DNA of 40,095 nt from NCBI GenBank assembly GCA_003245695.1, contig QKCK01000214.1, positions 1 through 40,095 of the forward strand, written 5' to 3'. Made by a program: the position numbers and the translations under genes. The stretch's first letter is position 1. Each line of letters begins with the position of its first letter. The notes under the pieces are model-generated. The model ran no database searches, was not told the origin of the DNA, and was given only the letters and a program-made list of their open reading frames with translations. Source of the stretch: Bacteroidota bacterium (GTDB lineage: Bacteria; Bacteroidota; Bacteroidia; Bacteroidales; VadinHA17). Shown here in pieces: positions 36,238-40,095 of this stretch.

Positions 36238-37509
36238 TTATTTGAGATCAAAGCCAATGTCTCTCCTGAAGTATGCACCCTCGAAGTCAATCATGGCTGC
36301 TGATGCATAACTCTTTGCCAAAGCCTCCTCCTTACTCCCTCCCACTGATGTTATTGCAAGAACTCTTCCTCCTGATGTAACAACGTCACCCTCATGCTCA
36401 TGCGTTCCTGCATGAAAAACCAGACTCTCTCTTACATTATTCAATCCTCTGATAACTTTACCCTTCTTATACTCATCAGGGTAACCTCCCGACACCATCA
36501 TTACTGTAACAGCAGCTGACTCTTCAATTTCAAAATCCCTGGAATCAAGATCCCCTGCCGCCACTCCTGTGAAAAGATCCAGCAGATCACTCTTTATACG
36601 CGGCATTACAACCTCTGTCTCCGGATCTCCCATTCTGGCATTATATTCAATTACATAAGGCTCACCATTAACGTTCATTAATCCAAAGAAGATAAATCCT
36701 TTGTAACTTATATCCTCCTTCTTCAATCCTTCAATCGTAGGAATTATTATTCTCTCCTCGACCTTTGCCATAAACTCAGGTGTGGCAAAGGGCACTGGCG
36801 ATACTGCACCCATTCCTCCGGTATTTTTTCCACTGTCACCTTCGCCTATCCGTTTATAGTCTTTTGCTTCAGGAAGTATCTTGTATGATATCCCATCTGT
36901 AAGAATAAAAACTGACAATTCAATGCCAGAGAGATATTCTTCAATGACAACCTTTTTTCCGGCATCACCAAACCTCCCTCCGAGCATTTCTCTCAATTCA
37001 ATAAGAGCATCGCTCAACTCGTCTATTATCAAGACTCCCTTTCCCGCTGCCAGTCCATCTGCCTTGAGTACGTAGGGAGAATTAAGGCTCCTGAGAAATA
37101 TTTCTGCTTCCTGAACCGACTCGCCGGTGAATGTCTTGTATCGCGCGGTGGGGATAGCATGTCTCACCATGAAATCCTTGGCAAAGTCCTTGCTGCCTTC
37201 CAACATAGCACCTTTTCTGCAGGGGCCGATAACCGGAATGGAGCAGAGTTCATCATCAGCTTCAAAGAAATCCCTGACACCTTTAACCAGTGGAGCCTCA
37301 GGGCCCACAATAACCATATCGGCATTAACCGAGACAGCACATTGCTTTACCAGGGTAAAATCCATCGGATCAATATCAATATTTGTTGCTAAAACAGATG
37401 TGCCGGCATTCCCCGGTGCAACAAAAATATTGATATTCTGATTGCTCTGGCTTAATTTCCAGGCCATAGCATGCTCTCTTCCTCCAGATCCAAGAATTAG
37501 TATATTCAT
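36238..37509 (-). CDS. purD: Phosphoribosylamine-glycine ligase (GAR synthetase)
   Basis: 423 aa. It begins [14 protein letters not shown] and contains VGPEAPL, the ATP-grasp core and [12 protein letters not shown], which matches PurD end to end. Confidence 0.95.
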   Translation of the reverse strand: MNILILGSGGREHAMAWKLSQSNQNINIFVAPGNAGTSVLATNIDIDPMDFTLVKQCAVSVNADMVIVGPEAPLVKGVRDFFEADDELCSIPVIGPCRKGAMLEGSKDFAKDFMVRHAIPTARYKTFTGESVQEAEIFLRSLNSPYVLKADGLAAGKGVLIIDELSDALIELREMLGGRFGDAGKKVVIEEYLSGIELSVFILTDGISYKILPEAKDYKRIGEGDSGKNTGGMGAVSPVPFATPEFMAKVEERIIIPTIEGLKKEDISYKGFIFFGLMNVNGEPYVIEYNARMGDPETEVVMPRIKSDLLDLFTGVAAGDLDSRDFEIEESAAVTVMMVSGGYPDEYKKGKVIRGLNNVRESLVFHAGTHEHEGDVVTSGGRVLAITSVGGSKEEALAKSYASAAMIDFEGAYFRRDIGFDLK

Positions 37510-37561
37510 ATTTTCTTGTTAAACCCCATTCAAAAATAGTATTTCAAAATGAAACCCCCTA

Positions 37562-38185
37562 TTAATGTGTAAAAATTTCATTCATGGTAAGAAATTCATA
37601 ACCTGCATTCAGAGCATAATCCAGAAACCCGTCAAGCATTTGAGGTGCCCTGCTGCCCTGATTATCGTGAAGTACTATTATTGATCCGGGCCTTATGTTT
37701 CTCTTAAGTATAGAAAGGACCTTTTCCGGTGTCAGTCGCTGGTCGAAATCATAAGGCATAACATCCCAGAAAATCATTCTCGATGATCGCTCTATTATTT
37801 TATACTGCCTCATCCTGATCCTGCCGTAAGGAGGTCTGAAGAGATTACTGCAGGTAACCTCACGGCCGCGGAAAACACTGGCGCAGTATTTCCTGACAGG
37901 TGTGGTACGCCCGTCGGTATGGATATAACCATGATTACCTATTGAATGACCACTGGAGGCAATTCGTGCAAAAAGCCAGGGGTATTTACTTACCCTCTCA
38001 CCGGTACAGAAGAATGTGGCACGAATATTCCACTTTTCCAGGATACCAAGTATTTCCGTGGTAGTTTCAGGGTCAGGGCCATCATCAAAGGTAAGCCAGA
38101 GCCTCTTCCCTGGCCCGGGAATCCTGAAGAGAGCATCAGGATAAAGAAACCTTGCCGGTAATGGCTGCCTGATTATCCGGATCAT
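37562..38185 (-). CDS. Polysaccharide deacetylase family protein (CE4 / NodB homology domain)
   Basis: Motifs TFDDGP, HSIGNHGYIH and RPPYG. The ATG overlaps the TGA of the upstream gene (ATGA at 38182-38185). Confidence 0.85.
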   Translation of the reverse strand: MIRIIRQPLPARFLYPDALFRIPGPGKRLWLTFDDGPDPETTTEILGILEKWNIRATFFCTGERVSKYPWLFARIASSGHSIGNHGYIHTDGRTTPVRKYCASVFRGREVTCSNLFRPPYGRIRMRQYKIIERSSRMIFWDVMPYDFDQRLTPEKVLSILKRNIRPGSIIVLHDNQGSRAPQMLDGFLDYALNAGYEFLTMNEIFTH

Positions 38186-40095
38186 TTGCCTGGCCTCACA
38201 CCATAATATTTATTAAGTTCATCGGCAGCATTGTTGGCTATATCCTTTAAATCAGTTTGAATCAGAAGAGTATATACCTCATATAATGCCTGCATAGATA
38301 TTCCGCTATGATACTCCAGCCCAAAACGCCTCTTCTGGGTAAGGGTAGAGATAAAGCTTAGTTCACTTATTGCATTGTCTACAATTGCATTGAAGAGCTC
38401 TGTTGCTTTTTCGTTTTCTCCTATCAGAAGAAGACTCTCAGCCAGATCAAGTGAATGATAATCATATGGCATTTTATCAGGTGGCACAATAGAAAGGCCC
38501 TTCTCCGCCGCTGCCAGAGCCTTTTCCTTATCTCCCTTGGCTGCAAGGTCCTTTGCCAACCTGCCAAACTGACGCCGGAAGACGTTGTATATACGCCGGT
38601 TATTTTCATCAAGATAAACAGAAGGATCGGAAGCATTGCCCCATTTATACCTGTTCATCATATTATCATACATCGTCTCTGTATCAATCATTCCAACATC
38701 ACCATTTGCCGGTTTGTCTATGGTAATCGGTGAAACCCTGTAAGCCATCCCTTCAAGAAGAAAATGCTTTTCCAGTCCTATATATGACGACGAGGGCACA
38801 GTGACAGCATAATAGAGGGGACGTTTCCATTCATTTCCGGCAATGACATCCATGATCAGCAGATCATTTTTCATTACCATATCGGTGGTAAGTGTCCATA
38901 TCAGAGGTGATTCAATACGATCTGCAAAATACGGTTTGACAGCACCATTAGCTAACACCTCCGAAGAGTCAACGCTCACTACCAGTTTCATTGCCGGTAT
39001 GAAATTGTAATAATCGCCATCACCTGAAAGGTCAACCATTGCCTTTTTATCATCTGAACCGGTGAACTCAAGAATCTTTTTTATATCATAAGGCTCTTTT
39101 ACGATATCCTCAACAGGCAGCTGCGTGCGTTTTCCCTCAATATATTTGTTTACAGGCAATGTAAAGGGGAGAGGATCAGACTTAAAAGCCTTTTTACTCA
39201 TTATTTCAATATAGAAACCACTCTGAAGGTAACTCAGATTAGCCACACGGATATCGGTGCGTATGCCCTCCACATCCTGTGCATACCACAGCGGGAATGA
39301 ATCATTATCGCCATATGTAAGAAGTATGGCATTTGTATCACATGAGTTCAGATAGTTTGATGCAATGTCACGGGCAGAGTAACGGCCAGACCTGTCATGA
39401 TCATCATAGTTTTTCAAAATGAGCAGAACCGGAGCAGCAATAAACAAAGCTATTGCCGGAATGATGGCGGTGATCAGCCTGCTCCCCGTCTTTTCTTTTA
39501 GAAAATCATATATCGCTGCCACAGCAATCCCTATCCAGATAGCGAAAGCATAGAATGAACCTGCATAGGCATAATCACGCTCACGTGGCTGATTTGGATA
39601 CTGATTCAGATATATTATTATAGCAAATCCGGTCATGAGAAATAACAATGCCACCAGCCAAAAGCCCTTTCTATCACGCTTATAGTGCCAGAACAGGCCA
39701 AGAAGACCTGCAATAAGAGGCAGAAAGTAATATGTGTTATGAGCCCTGTTATCATGTAACACAGAAGGCATTGCTGCCTGATCCCCCAATCGTACATTAT
39801 CAATAAAGGGGATGCCTGAGATCCAGTTTCCGTCCATAACATTACCATTACCCTGCTGGTCATTCTGACGTCCCACAAAATTCCACATGAAATATCTCAG
39901 GTACATATATCCGACCTGGTAGCGGAAAAAGTATCTCATATTTTCTGTAAATGAGGGAAGCTCAACCTGCTTGTCTCCCCCCCTGGTCTTGATTGTCATC
40001 TTTCTGCCACTGATCCCGCCCCAGTATTTATATTGTTCAATATGATTCGGATCAGTACTGTACATCCTCGGGAATAGGGTCATCAGATGCTTGTC
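38182..40095 (-). CDS. Large membrane protein, DUF2723 / glycosyltransferase-like with TPR-like C-terminus (5' end outside the window)
   Basis: The frame stays open upstream of the track Met through position 40095 (…DKHL-MTLFPRMYS…), so the CDS is partial. It has several TM helices (aa about 120-220 of the fragment), then a soluble region and helical repeats at the C-terminus. The family name comes from my memory of the LFPRMYS/QYKYWGG region. Confidence 0.65.
   Translation of the reverse strand, partial: DKHLMTLFPRMYSTDPNHIEQYKYWGGISGRKMTIKTRGGDKQVELPSFTENMRYFFRYQVGYMYLRYFMWNFVGRQNDQQGNGNVMDGNWISGIPFIDNVRLGDQAAMPSVLHDNRAHNTYYFLPLIAGLLGLFWHYKRDRKGFWLVALLFLMTGFAIIIYLNQYPNQPRERDYAYAGSFYAFAIWIGIAVAAIYDFLKEKTGSRLITAIIPAIALFIAAPVLLILKNYDDHDRSGRYSARDIASNYLNSCDTNAILLTYGDNDSFPLWYAQDVEGIRTDIRVANLSYLQSGFYIEIMSKKAFKSDPLPFTLPVNKYIEGKRTQLPVEDIVKEPYDIKKILEFTGSDDKKAMVDLSGDGDYYNFIPAMKLVVSVDSSEVLANGAVKPYFADRIESPLIWTLTTDMVMKNDLLIMDVIAGNEWKRPLYYAVTVPSSSYIGLEKHFLLEGMAYRVSPITIDKPANGDVGMIDTETMYDNMMNRYKWGNASDPSVYLDENNRRIYNVFRRQFGRLAKDLAAKGDKEKALAAAEKGLSIVPPDKMPYDYHSLDLAESLLLIGENEKATELFNAIVDNAISELSFISTLTQKRRFGLEYHSGISMQALYEVYTLLIQTDLKDIANNAADELNKYYGVRPGK

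Noticed and set aside
37531-37538. Minus-strand TATTTTTG (TAnnTTTG) 22 nt upstream of the purD ATG, as a purD promoter
   Set aside because: It is plausible, but the nearest TTTG on that strand is only 6 nt upstream rather than about 20 nt. It is a single chance-level match in an AT-rich 52-nt gap, and purD may instead be co-transcribed with the upstream CE4 gene.
1-40095. Window-wide scan for CRISPR arrays, long tandem repeats, IS ends or transposases, integrases and phage or defence genes
   Set aside because: I saw no regularly spaced repeats, no DDE/tyrosine/serine recombinase-like ORF and no long terminal inverted repeats. The only repeats are the short ones reported above and the PL1 paralogy.

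Overview
This looks like a Bacteroidota chromosomal segment: it has a SusC/SusD pair, a hybrid two-component regulator with an AraC output, a T9SS C-terminal sorting domain, many lipoprotein signal peptides and TAnnTTTG-type promoter boxes. There are three blocks. (1) Left, 1-9.1 kb: an AT-rich trio of small minus-strand ORFs, then an ORF-free, hairpin-dense stretch of about 800 nt. After that come plus-strand genes for a GH3 glycosidase and a metallophosphoesterase, followed by a nagA-ROK kinase-MFS-SIS operon. (2) Centre, 9.1-30.6 kb: a minus-strand pectin (homogalacturonan-type) polysaccharide utilisation locus. In transcription order it encodes HTCS regulator, SusC-like, SusD-like, an FN3/beta-helix lipoprotein, a 1392-aa CE8 pectinesterase-PL1 pectate lyase fusion with a T9SS tail, a tandem alpha/beta-hydrolase, a CE12 acetylesterase, a GH28 polygalacturonase and a second PL1 lyase. 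(3) Right, 30.8-40.1 kb: a tightly coupled three-gene operon led by an unusual TerB-like/FHA-like/ABCG-type transporter. It is followed on the minus strand by a polytopic membrane protein, purD, a CE4 deacetylase and a DUF2723-like protein that runs off the window edge. I recognised no rRNA, tRNA, CRISPR array, transposase, integrase or known defence gene. Most of the window is an ordinary, well-organised PUL plus housekeeping genes. The candidates worth a second look are the non-coding region at 899-1705, the ABCG-like operon at 30801-35237, the CE8-PL1-T9SS chimera and the amino-sugar operon that lacks a canonical NagB. All family calls come from motif recognition by eye; no searches were run.
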